A stretch of DNA of 32,000 nucleotides, from assembly GCF_000008665.1 (NCBI RefSeq), contig NC_000917.1, forward strand, positions 30,001 through 62,000. Direction: 5' to 3'. This document shows positions 9,390 through 17,969 of the stretch, in pieces (within the stretch, counting starts at the first letter, position 1; each line of letters starts with the position of its first letter). Below the pieces are notes generated by a model that made no database searches, was not told the DNA's origin, and saw nothing but the letters and a program-made list of their open reading frames with translations. Source of the DNA: Archaeoglobus fulgidus DSM 4304. GTDB lineage: Archaea > Halobacteriota > Archaeoglobi > Archaeoglobales > Archaeoglobaceae. A program made the translations under genes and the position numbers.

Positions 9390-10041
9390 TCTCGGGTTCC
9401 TGACGACGCTGCCAGTAAAAGGAGACGTAGACGTGCTCAGAAGGAACCTCTGGGTTTTTTCCTTCGTCGGGATTTTTATCGGATCTGTCATATCGATTCC
9501 GGCAGTTCTTGGTTTCTGGTTCCTCTGCGTTCTCCTCTACGTTGCGATCGAGGGTGTCAACCACATCGACGGACTCGCAGACTTTGGAGACGCGTTCTTC
9601 GCTCCAGAGGAAAGGAAGAAGGTTGCGATAAAGGACTTGAACCTCGGAACAGGCGGGGCTGTTTTCCTGTGCGTCTATTTTCTGATCCTCTTTTACTCCT
9701 TCCAGCGAGTCAGCGCTTTCTACATAATCTTCTCACAAGTTCTCGCGAAGTTCTCGATGCTCCTCTTGCTCACAACCTCGAAACCAGCTTGGCAGGGTAT
9801 GACGGGGTTCATGATGGAGTTCGCGAGGAAGAGAGATGTAGTCATCGGATCTCTGCCCTTGCTATTGGTCGTCCTTAAGCCTTTGGCAGTTTTTCCGCTT
9901 CTCTTCGCGATAACGATTTCACTGCTCGTGAAGAGATACGCGGAAGAGAAATTCGGCGGTGTGAGCGGCGACGTCGTTGGTGCGAGCAACTGCTTAGTTT
10001 TTGCTGGTTCTTTGCTCGTCTGCTACTTTCTGGCTGATTGA
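9364..10041 (+). CDS. cobS: CobS-family adenosylcobinamide-GDP ribazoletransferase (cobalamin-5'-phosphate synthase family), polytopic membrane protein
   Basis: [30 protein letters not shown] and [11 protein letters not shown] are CobS hallmarks. The start is taken at ATG 9364, which overlaps pcm by 26 nt. The ORF-track start at 9241 lies inside pcm. Confidence 0.8.
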   Translation: MALDLLRSSLGFLTTLPVKGDVDVLRRNLWVFSFVGIFIGSVISIPAVLGFWFLCVLLYVAIEGVNHIDGLADFGDAFFAPEERKKVAIKDLNLGTGGAVFLCVYFLILFYSFQRVSAFYIIFSQVLAKFSMLLLLTTSKPAWQGMTGFMMEFARKRDVVIGSLPLLLVVLKPLAVFPLLFAITISLLVKRYAEEKFGGVSGDVVGASNCLVFAGSLLVCYFLAD

Positions 10042-10080
10042 TACTCGTTTCTGGGATTTAAAGTGCTTCCGAAGCAAAAG

Positions 10081-10088
10081 TTTTATTC
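10081..10088 (+). promoter_or_regulatory. Putative TATA box (TTTTATTC) upstream of the first GT4 gene
   Basis: It ends 23 nt upstream of ATG 10111. It is preceded by the small palindrome GCTTC-C-GAAGC (10065-10075). Confidence 0.3.
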
Positions 10089-10110
10089 ATGAAACTCGAA
10101 GTCTCCGAAA

Positions 10111-11196
10111 ATGGAAATAGTATTCGTTTACGACGCTGTTTACCCGTGGACAAAGGGAGGAGTTGAGAGGAGACTTCACGAAGTTGGGAGGAGATTGTCT
10201 AACGAGCACAACGTCAAATGGCTTTGCGTCGGATGGTGGGGAAAGGAGAAAAGAATTCAAGAAGGTGTGGAGTTGATTCCGGTTTGTAAGGCTCAGCAGT
10301 TGTATTCGAGGGGAAGAAGAACGATCAGAGAAGCTATGATCTTCGCAGCGAGTTTGCTTAAAAAATCAAGGATCAAAGCAGACGTTATAGACTGCCAGGT
10401 CTTTCCTTATCTTTCAGTCTTTCCATTTGCAACTAGAAAAGAGCTCGTCCTTACCTGGCACGAGTTCTGGGGGGATTACTGGTACGAGTACCTTGGCAAA
10501 GCCGGGTTTTTCGGAAAGGCTGTTGAAAGGATCGTTGCTAAGCTTAAGGCAAGAACTATCGCTGTCTCCGAGACTACGAGAAAGGCTTTGGAGAGCTTAG
10601 GAATAAGGGCTACGGTAATACCGAACGGCGTCGATTTTCCAAGGATTTCAGAAATCCCAGCCTCTTCCGAGGAGTGGGACGTGATCTTCGTAGGAAGGCT
10701 CATAAGGGAGAAAAACCTCGAACTCCTGTTCGATGCGATGAAACTCCTCCCAGAGCTCAATTGCCTCGTAGTTGGGGACGGTCCTGAGAGAGAAAGGCTT
10801 TCAAAGATCGCCCCAGCAAACGTCGATTTCGGAGGCTCTCTGGGCTACGAGGAGGTGATATCGATGATGAAGAGCTCAAAGGTCTTCGCGATTCCTTCGA
10901 GGAGAGAAGGTTTTGGCATCTCCGCTCTCGAGGCGAACGCCTGCGGATTGCCAGTGGTAACGATTAGACATCAAATGAACGCCGTTGTTGAAATCGCGGA
11001 GAAAACTGGGTTCGTCGCAGAGCCACATGCAAGGGACTTTGCAGAAAAGATAAGGCTCGCATTGGAGATGCGTAGAGAGATGAGGGAGAAATGTATAAAT
11101 TTCGCAAAGAACTTCGACTGGGAGGTGATAGCCAGAAGGCTGGAGGAATTTTATGAAGGTGTCCATAGTCCTCCCAACGAAGGACGAGCAGAATAG
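10111..11196 (+). CDS. GT4-family (GT-B, Glycos_transf_1) glycosyltransferase
   Basis: 361 aa. IFVGRL..EKN and the E-x7-E motif REGFGISALEANACGLPVV. Confidence 0.8.
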   Translation: MEIVFVYDAVYPWTKGGVERRLHEVGRRLSNEHNVKWLCVGWWGKEKRIQEGVELIPVCKAQQLYSRGRRTIREAMIFAASLLKKSRIKADVIDCQVFPYLSVFPFATRKELVLTWHEFWGDYWYEYLGKAGFFGKAVERIVAKLKARTIAVSETTRKALESLGIRATVIPNGVDFPRISEIPASSEEWDVIFVGRLIREKNLELLFDAMKLLPELNCLVVGDGPERERLSKIAPANVDFGGSLGYEEVISMMKSSKVFAIPSRREGFGISALEANACGLPVVTIRHQMNAVVEIAEKTGFVAEPHARDFAEKIRLALEMRREMREKCINFAKNFDWEVIARRLEEFYEGVHSPPNEGRAE

Positions 11197-12262
11197 CATT
11201 GAAAAAGTCGTGAGAGACTGTCTTTCTCTCGGATTTGAGAAGGAGATAATCGTTGTCGACGACTCCGCAGACAGAACTCCTGAGATAGCCGAGAAGCTTG
11301 GATGCAAGGTAATAAGAGGTGTAAAAGGGTACGGAAGAGCCTTTTTGGAGGGGTTTAGACATTCGAGCGGAGATATCATCGTGATGCTCGATGCTGACGG
11401 TAGCTACGATGCGCTGGAAATTCCAAGGCTGATCGAGCCGATTGTTAAAGGAGAAGCTGACCTCGTAATAGGGAGCAGGTTCAAGGGGAAGATAATGCCA
11501 AAGGCTATGCCGTGGCATCACAGATACGTGGGCAACCCAGTTCTGACGAAGCTTACGAATCTTCTATTCAAAACAAAGCTTAGCGATGTCCACAGCGGGA
11601 TGAGGGCTTTGAGGAAAGATGCACTTGCGAAGATCGATCCGGTTTGCCCAGGGATGGAATTCGCAACCGAGCTCGTTTTGAAAGCTGCAATTAAAGGTCT
11701 CAGGATCGTGGAGGTTCCAATCACTTACCATCCGAGAATCGGTTTCAGCAAGCTGAGGAGCTTCAGGGACGGGTGGAGACATCTTAGACTTGTCTTGGCA
11801 GCTTCGCCGATATACCTTTTTCTTTTACCCTCTATAATCCTAATCCTTTTGGGAATAGCAACGGCTCTATTTGTTATAGTTCTGCAACCAATAAGAACGC
11901 ACACTCTAATCTTTGGCTCAACTCTCCTCCTGCTTGGGATCCAGACCTTTTTCTTTGGAGTTTCTGGGAAGATATACCTGAGGCAGATAGGCTTCGGAGT
12001 CAGAGATTGGCTTACCGAAGCTTTCGGAAAATACTCCACAATGGAGAAACTCCTGTTTTTCGGACTCGCTCTCTTGATCCTCGGAACGTACTCTGGTTAC
12101 AGAGTCTTCGCCAGCTGGGTTGAGAGGGGATTCGGGTCGCTTGCCGAGTTCAACCAGGCTTTGGTCTCTTTGATCCTCATAGTCTCCGGATTCCAGATTG
12201 CGATCAGCAGCATTTTCCTCAGCATGTTTCTCCTGAAAGAAGAAAAAGATAATAATAAGTAA
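11153..12262 (+). CDS. GT2-family polyprenol/dolichol-phosphate hexosyltransferase (DPM1/AglJ/AglD-like) with a C-terminal transmembrane bundle
   Basis: MKVSIVLPTKDEQNSI, VVDDSADRT, LDADGSYD (DxD) and a GT-A fold pattern, followed by about 4 hydrophobic helices. GGAGGA (11142-11147) precedes the ATG. Overlaps the upstream GT4 by 44 nt. Confidence 0.8.
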   Translation: MKVSIVLPTKDEQNSIEKVVRDCLSLGFEKEIIVVDDSADRTPEIAEKLGCKVIRGVKGYGRAFLEGFRHSSGDIIVMLDADGSYDALEIPRLIEPIVKGEADLVIGSRFKGKIMPKAMPWHHRYVGNPVLTKLTNLLFKTKLSDVHSGMRALRKDALAKIDPVCPGMEFATELVLKAAIKGLRIVEVPITYHPRIGFSKLRSFRDGWRHLRLVLAASPIYLFLLPSIILILLGIATALFVIVLQPIRTHTLIFGSTLLLLGIQTFFFGVSGKIYLRQIGFGVRDWLTEAFGKYSTMEKLLFFGLALLILGTYSGYRVFASWVERGFGSLAEFNQALVSLILIVSGFQIAISSIFLSMFLLKEEKDNNK

Positions 12263-14044
12263 GTGACACCCGTAGGCATGGATAGGAAGTCGCTCTCTCT
12301 CCTAATTCTGATAGTTCTCCTCGGTCTCTGCATAAGGCTTCAGAACTTCGGAGAGATATTCGACTCGAGAATTTACTACTACGGATACGACCCCTACTAC
12401 CACATGAGGCTCGTGGAGGCGATCGTTCTGGAGGGCTACCGCCCCTCTTTTGATTACTACATAAACTATCCATACGGTCTCAGAATAGACTGGCTCCCCC
12501 TCTTCGACTACATTCTGGCTTTCCCTGGACTATTTCTCGGTTTCTGGGCATCGGAAATTTTCGCGGTCGTTTTTCCGGTGATCATAGGAGTCCTTTGTAT
12601 AGTCCTGGTCTACCTTATCTCCCTCGAAGTTCTCAGGAACGAGAAGTTCGCGCTGATTTCTGCCTTCATATTCTCAGTCTGCCCAGTGACAGTTTGGAAG
12701 AGCCTGCTCGGAAAAGCTGACCACCACATCTGGGTCGTCTTCCTTCTTCTGCTGTCGATCTGGTTGGTAACGAAGCCTGGACTTTTAAAGCTACTTTCCG
12801 GTATTCCGATGCTCCTTATGGCTCTTTCCTGGCTCGGGGCTCCGATATACGCAGCCCTGCTCGCAGTATCTTCGCTTTTTCAATTCAACGAGAAGGAGGT
12901 CAGAATCGTGGGTATCTCGAATCTGATTCCAGTACTTTCATCGATTCAGAATCTCTTCCTCGGATTCTCTTTTCTCGCGATAGCAGTATTTTTACTGGTC
13001 GGCAGCTTTGTAAAGAGGTTTGAGAGAAGGTTCAGGTATGCGATCGTTTACTACCTTTGCATCTGTTCGGTCGCTTTGCTCTCAGCCTACCTCATGCCCG
13101 TGGGTTGGCTGGGCTTCGTGAAGAGCGGAATCAGTTATGTGCTCGGCACAGACATTTATCTGCCGACAATTCGGGAAGCGAGGTCCTTCCAGATTCTCGG
13201 AGTTATCTCGAGCGCTGGATATCTTTTCTTCGTTCTCGCAATCCCTGCACTATTCATGCTCAGAAACGGATTCCTAAAGGTCTTCTTCGTTCTATCCTTT
13301 CTCATTTCGATTCTTCAGCTGAGATTTGTCGAGGTTCTTGCGTTTCCAGTAGCGATTCTTGCGTCTTATACGATTTGCCAGATTTTGGAAAGAGTTGATT
13401 ATCCTGTTTTCCGGAAAGAAGAAGAGGGGGAAAGTAAAAGAAGGGGAAGAAAAGAGAAAAAGAAAGCAGTTGAAATTAGGAAGAAAGATCACGCGACCGT
13501 GATTGCTTTTTTACTCTTTTTAGCCTTGCCTTGCTTCGCCAACTCCTTGGCTCCGGTGGAAATGACTATGGACTGGAAAGAGGCTCTGAACTGGATGAAA
13601 GAGAATCTGGAAGCACAGGATTATCTCAAAGCTTACGAAAAGCCAGATTACGCTGTGCTGAGCTGGTGGGATTATGGGAACTGGATTCTCTACGTTGCCA
13701 AAAAGGCTGTCGTCTGCAACAACTTCCAGGCTGGAGCTGATGATGCTGCGAAGTTCTTCACAGCACAGAGCGAAGAAGAGGCGATGAAGATCGTTGAGAA
13801 AAGAAAAGTTAGATACGTCGTTACTGTAGAGGAGCTGACTGTGAAGCCGGAAACTAACAAGACGAAATTCATCCCGATAATGCAGATCGCTGGCTACAGT
13901 CCAGAGTACATGAAAAATAAGGAAATAATTGATTTCTTCAACAAAACCATGCTTTACAAGCTCCACGTCGAGAACGCAACCAATTTGACGCACTTCAGGC
14001 TCCTGAAAAATTTCGGAACTGTGAAAATCTTTGAAGTTAAGTGA
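12263..14044 (+). CDS. aglB: Archaeal oligosaccharyltransferase AglB (STT3 family), short paralogue
   Basis: Polytopic N-terminal domain with YDPYYHMR (first acidic motif) and PTIREA (TIXE motif). The C-terminal domain has SWWDYGNW (WWDYG) and DDAAKF (DK motif). GTG 12263 directly follows the upstream TAA. ATG 12278 (MDRKSLSLLIL...) is an equally plausible start. Confidence 0.9.
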   Translation: MTPVGMDRKSLSLLILIVLLGLCIRLQNFGEIFDSRIYYYGYDPYYHMRLVEAIVLEGYRPSFDYYINYPYGLRIDWLPLFDYILAFPGLFLGFWASEIFAVVFPVIIGVLCIVLVYLISLEVLRNEKFALISAFIFSVCPVTVWKSLLGKADHHIWVVFLLLLSIWLVTKPGLLKLLSGIPMLLMALSWLGAPIYAALLAVSSLFQFNEKEVRIVGISNLIPVLSSIQNLFLGFSFLAIAVFLLVGSFVKRFERRFRYAIVYYLCICSVALLSAYLMPVGWLGFVKSGISYVLGTDIYLPTIREARSFQILGVISSAGYLFFVLAIPALFMLRNGFLKVFFVLSFLISILQLRFVEVLAFPVAILASYTICQILERVDYPVFRKEEEGESKRRGRKEKKKAVEIRKKDHATVIAFLLFLALPCFANSLAPVEMTMDWKEALNWMKENLEAQDYLKAYEKPDYAVLSWWDYGNWILYVAKKAVVCNNFQAGADDAAKFFTAQSEEEAMKIVEKRKVRYVVTVEELTVKPETNKTKFIPIMQIAGYSPEYMKNKEIIDFFNKTMLYKLHVENATNLTHFRLLKNFGTVKIFEVK

Positions 14045-14092
14045 TTCCTTGAAGTTCTCTCTTTAAATGCTCAACAGCCCTCTTTTGCGGTT

Positions 14093-14806
14093 TTAAAGAT
14101 AGCCCTCAAGTACTTTTCCAGGTTCACCTATAGCTTTTACAGTTCCAGCCTCGATCAACATGACTCTATCGCACAACTCCAGTAAAGTATTTGGAGAATG
14201 GGAAACGAGGACTATCGTGGTTCCATTCTGTTTTAACTCCCTAATTCTGCCTATACACTTTCTTTGGAAATAGATATCACCGACGGCTAGAACTTCGTCG
14301 ATCAGGAGAATTTCAGGCTCAGTTGCTACTGCTGTTGCGAATGCTAGCCTTGCATACATACCAGATGAGTAGTTCTTGAGCTTCATGTTTTTGAACTTTT
14401 CAAGTTCTGCAAACCTGAAGATTTCTTCAATCTTACTTCTTATTTCCTCCTTACTCATACCCATAATGACTCCGTAAAGGTAAACGTTCTCCTTAGCCGT
14501 TAACTCTGGATTGAAGCCCACACCGAGCTCAAGAATTGGTGTGACCTTTCCAGAAACACTTAAACTACCAGTGTCAGGATAAAGAATTCCGGCAATTATC
14601 TTGAGGATCGTGGATTTGCCCGAGCCATTTGGTCCGAAGATTCCGAATGTTTCGCCTTTTTTTACTCTGAAGCTTACATCCCTGAGTGCCCAGAACTCTA
14701 CGAAATCTCTTTTACCTTTAAAAAATGCTGAGAGCTCTTCAAATAACGTAAACCTTTTCTCGCTTGGTATTCTGAACTTCTTCGATATCCCCTCAGCCTC
14801 TATCAT
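14093..14806 (-). CDS. Polysaccharide-export ABC transporter ATPase (Wzt/TagH/KpsT/RfbB type), no C-terminal carbohydrate-binding extension
   Basis: Walker A GPNGSGKST, signature YSSGMYARLAFA (typical of this subfamily), Walker B ILLIDE and H-loop VSHS. 237 aa. Confidence 0.85.
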   Translation of the reverse strand: MIEAEGISKKFRIPSEKRFTLFEELSAFFKGKRDFVEFWALRDVSFRVKKGETFGIFGPNGSGKSTILKIIAGILYPDTGSLSVSGKVTPILELGVGFNPELTAKENVYLYGVIMGMSKEEIRSKIEEIFRFAELEKFKNMKLKNYSSGMYARLAFATAVATEPEILLIDEVLAVGDIYFQRKCIGRIRELKQNGTTIVLVSHSPNTLLELCDRVMLIEAGTVKAIGEPGKVLEGYL

Positions 14807-15567
14807 AGAACTTCACCAAATCTCTTCTGCATTCTTCTAAAAAACAACTGACCAGCAAAGGTGAGTGCAAGAGATATTAATAAAAAGTAAATAAATTTTT
14901 CCAGCAAAATTTGATTTTCCATCAAAATTCCACGGTAGATTTCAATGATGCAAGCAATTGGATTGAGCATGTACATTTCTCTGTAGCTTTCGGGGATCAT
15001 TGTGAGCGGATAGACTATTGGACTTGCAAAGAATATCACATTAGTTATGACCTCCCAGATCTGGTTTAAATCCCTGAAGTAAACCATCAGAGAGGAGAGA
15101 AATAAGTTTAGACCAAATATAAAAATTATGTAGACAAAATGAATAACTGGGAGGAAAAGGATCGTAAAACCGACATTTCCACCCAAAACGTGCACTATAG
15201 GGACGATTACGAGTATTTCAAGGAAGGAACTCATGCCGTAAGAAAGAGTCGTCGCGAGAGGTAAGAGTTCCCTATCGATGTTCGTTTTTGTAACTAGGTG
15301 AGACTTACCAACGATTGTGTGCATTCCAACAGACGTCGCCACCTGGAAAAATCTAAACACAAACACTCCTACCAAGACGTATGCGGCGAAATTCTCGACC
15401 CAAGAGAACATATTTCTGAAAACCAGAAACAAGACGAGTGCCAATAAAAAAGGAGCTAAGAGGCTCCAAATCAAACCTAGAGCCGTGCCTCGGTATCTCT
15501 GCTTAAACTCAAATTGAGTCATGGTGATTATGACATCTCTTTTTCTCAAATATCCGGACATACCCAT
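14803..15567 (-). CDS. ABC-2 type polysaccharide-export permease (Wzm/TagG/RfbA type)
   Basis: 254 aa with about 6 hydrophobic helices. FKQRYRGTALGLIWSLLAPFL is typical of the N-terminal ABC-2 motif. The ATGA overlap with the ATPase gene (14803-14806) suggests translational coupling. Confidence 0.85.
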   Translation of the reverse strand: MGMSGYLRKRDVIITMTQFEFKQRYRGTALGLIWSLLAPFLLALVLFLVFRNMFSWVENFAAYVLVGVFVFRFFQVATSVGMHTIVGKSHLVTKTNIDRELLPLATTLSYGMSSFLEILVIVPIVHVLGGNVGFTILFLPVIHFVYIIFIFGLNLFLSSLMVYFRDLNQIWEVITNVIFFASPIVYPLTMIPESYREMYMLNPIACIIEIYRGILMENQILLEKFIYFLLISLALTFAGQLFFRRMQKRFGEVL

Positions 15568-15601
15568 AGACTGAGCTCAATGTTTTTAAACTTAGAGCAA
15601 A

Positions 15602-15609
15602 ATTTTTAA
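15602..15609 (+). promoter_or_regulatory. Putative TATA box (ATTTTTAA) for the GT4/GMD-like/tri-GT4 operon
   Basis: It ends 22 nt upstream of GTG 15631, in the 63-nt divergent spacer shared with the permease gene. That spacer also holds TTTAAAAA on the minus strand at 15583-15590. Confidence 0.3.
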
Positions 15610-15630
15610 TCAGCTTCGCTAAGGCAGGCT

Positions 15631-16722
15631 GTGAAAATTTGCGTTTTTCACGACTACTTCGGAGCAATTGGAGGTGGGGAGAAGGTTGCGCTGACAATCT
15701 CGAAGCTCTTCAACGCAGACGTAATCACAACCGACGTCGATGCAGTTCCAGAGGAGTTCAGGAACAAAGTTATCAGCTTGGGTGAGACGATAAAGCTGCC
15801 ACCTTTAAAGCAGATAGACGCTTCCCTTAAGTTCTACTTTTCTGACTTTCCAGATTACGACTTCTACATACTTTCTGGAAACTGGGTAATGTTCGCCTCG
15901 AAGAGGCACATTCCTAATCTCTTATACTGTTACACTCCTCCAAGAGCTTTTTACGATCTCTACGGAGATTACCTAAAAAAGAGAAATATTTTGACGAAGC
16001 CCGCTTTTATATTATGGGTAAAGTTTCACAGGAAATGGGCTGAGAGGATGCTAAAACACATAGATAAAGTCGTTTGCATCTCGCAAAACATAAAAAGCAG
16101 ATGCAAAAATTTTTGGGGAATCGATGCCGAAGTCATCTATCCGCCTGTGGAAACTTCGAAGTTTAAGTTCAAGTGCTACGGAGACTTTTGGCTTTCTGTA
16201 AACAGAATTTATCCAGAAAAAAGGATAGAATTGCAGCTTGAAGTTTTTAAAAAGTTGCAAGATGAGAAGCTTTACATCGTTGGCTGGTTCTCAAAGGGGG
16301 ATCATGCGGAGAGGTACGCGAGAAAGATTATGAAAATAGCTCCAGACAACGTTAAGTTTTTGGGAAGTGTCAGTGAAGAAGAGTTGATCGATCTATATTC
16401 TCGATGCAAGGGTTTGCTATGCACAGCTAAGGATGAGGATTTTGGACTTACACCTATTGAGGCAATGGCTTCTGGAAAGCCTGTAATCGCCGTAAACGAG
16501 GGTGGTTTTAAGGAGACTGTTATAAACGAAAAAACAGGATATCTCGTCAATGCAGATGTTAATGAGATAATTGATGCAATGAAAAAAGTTTCGAAAAATC
16601 CTGATAAATTTAAGAAAGACTGTTTTAGAAGGGCAAAGGAGTTTGACATTAGTATATTTAAAAACAAGATAAAAGATGCGATAAGAATCGTAAAGAAAAA
16701 TTTTAAAAACAACACATGCTAA
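15631..16722 (+). CDS. GT4-family glycosyltransferase
   Basis: GTG start, [20 protein letters not shown]-x7-E motif [18 protein letters not shown]. Confidence 0.8.
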
Positions 16723-17969
16723 AAAACGGCATGAGGCTTGCTGAGGGTACAAGAGCTTTAATTACCGGCGTTACGGGGTTTGTCGGGTCTTACTTAGCTA
16801 AGCATTTAATAGAGTTAGGAGCAGAAGTTTATGGAATTGTGAGAAGAAGGGCGGATTGGTCCCCGCCCCAAAATCTCATAAACATGGGAATTCTTAATGA
16901 CCCTCATTTGCATTTGATTGAGGGGGACTTGTTGGATATTACCTGCCTTGCAAAAGCTTTGGATGTTGCCGAACCGGAAGTTATATTTCACCTCGGAGCG
17001 CAATCTTTTGTTCCCCAATCTTTCATAAATCCCGTGGAAACTATGCAGATAAACTGCATCGGCACGCTAAACTTACTCGAAACTGTTAGGATTAAGGATT
17101 CAGATGCGGTTATCGTTTTTGCAGGTTCGAGCGAGGAGTACGGGTTGGTTATTAGTTCTGAAAAGCAGTACGAGAGAATTAAGGCTTCCGGAAGAACAGT
17201 TTTTCCCGAACCCGAAAAAATTCCAGAATTGCCAATAAAAGAGACCAATCCACTCAGACCCATGTCTCCTTACGCCGTAAGCAAGGTCTATGGAGACCAC
17301 CTCTTCAGAAATTACTACCACAGCTACGGCCTAAAAACGATAGTTTCGAGGGCGTTTAACCACGAAGGTGCGGGAAGAGGGAAAATGTTTGTGACATCGA
17401 ACATAGCGCTACAAGTTATGAAATTAAAGTTCGGTGAAACTGACAAAATAAAAATAGGGAACGTCAACGCATTTAGAGACTAGAGCCACATCAACGATAT
17501 CGTCAAGGGCTACTGCCTCCTTGCGGAGAAGGGGAGGTACGGAGACGTTTACAACCAAGGTTCTACGAGAACGAACTCCGTTCTTAGCTACATTTTACTT
17601 GCACTCGAAATGGCGGGATACAGAATCGACAAAATAGAAACCTACAAAGGTGAGAAGGTTGTCAAGAACCCGAGCGAGATCGTCGAAGCTAAAATCTTCG
17701 GGGTTAAGTTCGAAGCAACAGTCGTTGACGAGCTGATGCTGAAAGACGAGCTGTCGTTTGAGCTGGAAGATAAAGGAATACTTGTCTTTACAGACAAAGG
17801 TAAGATTCCGGTAGAGTTCGACCCTAACAGATTCAGACCGGCAGAAGTTCCGATACTGCTCTCGGACACAACAAAAGCAAAGGAGATAGGCTTCAGGGTC
17901 AACCACAGCCTCAAGGACATAATCCGCGACCAGCTGAACTACTATTTAGATGCCAGAAGGAGAAAATGA
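16716..17969 (+). pseudogene. GDP-mannose 4,6-dehydratase-like extended SDR, one reading frame interrupted by a single in-frame TAG (17481-17483)
   Basis: ORFs 16716-17483 and 17610-17969 are in the same frame (frame 3), and the sequence between them is open. Motifs: ITGVTGFVGSYL (Rossmann), GSSEEYG, SPYAVSKVYGD (YxxxK). The text reads GNVNAFRD*SHINDIV, whereas E. coli GMD has LGN..RDWGHAKDYV. Confidence 0.75.

Noticed and set aside
14093-14806. Wzt with a cap-recognising carbohydrate-binding domain, as in E. coli O9a, coupling export to methyl capping.
   Set aside because: The ORF is only 237 aa and ends right after the ABC ATPase core, so no extra C-terminal domain is encoded. The terminator-export coupling idea is therefore not supported by the sequence.
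17481-17483. TAG decoded as pyrrolysine.
   Set aside because: No pylS/pylT/pylBCD-like genes are in the window, and to my knowledge Archaeoglobus is not a Pyl-decoding lineage. The position corresponds to a conserved Trp one base away (TGG), which favours a point mutation or error.
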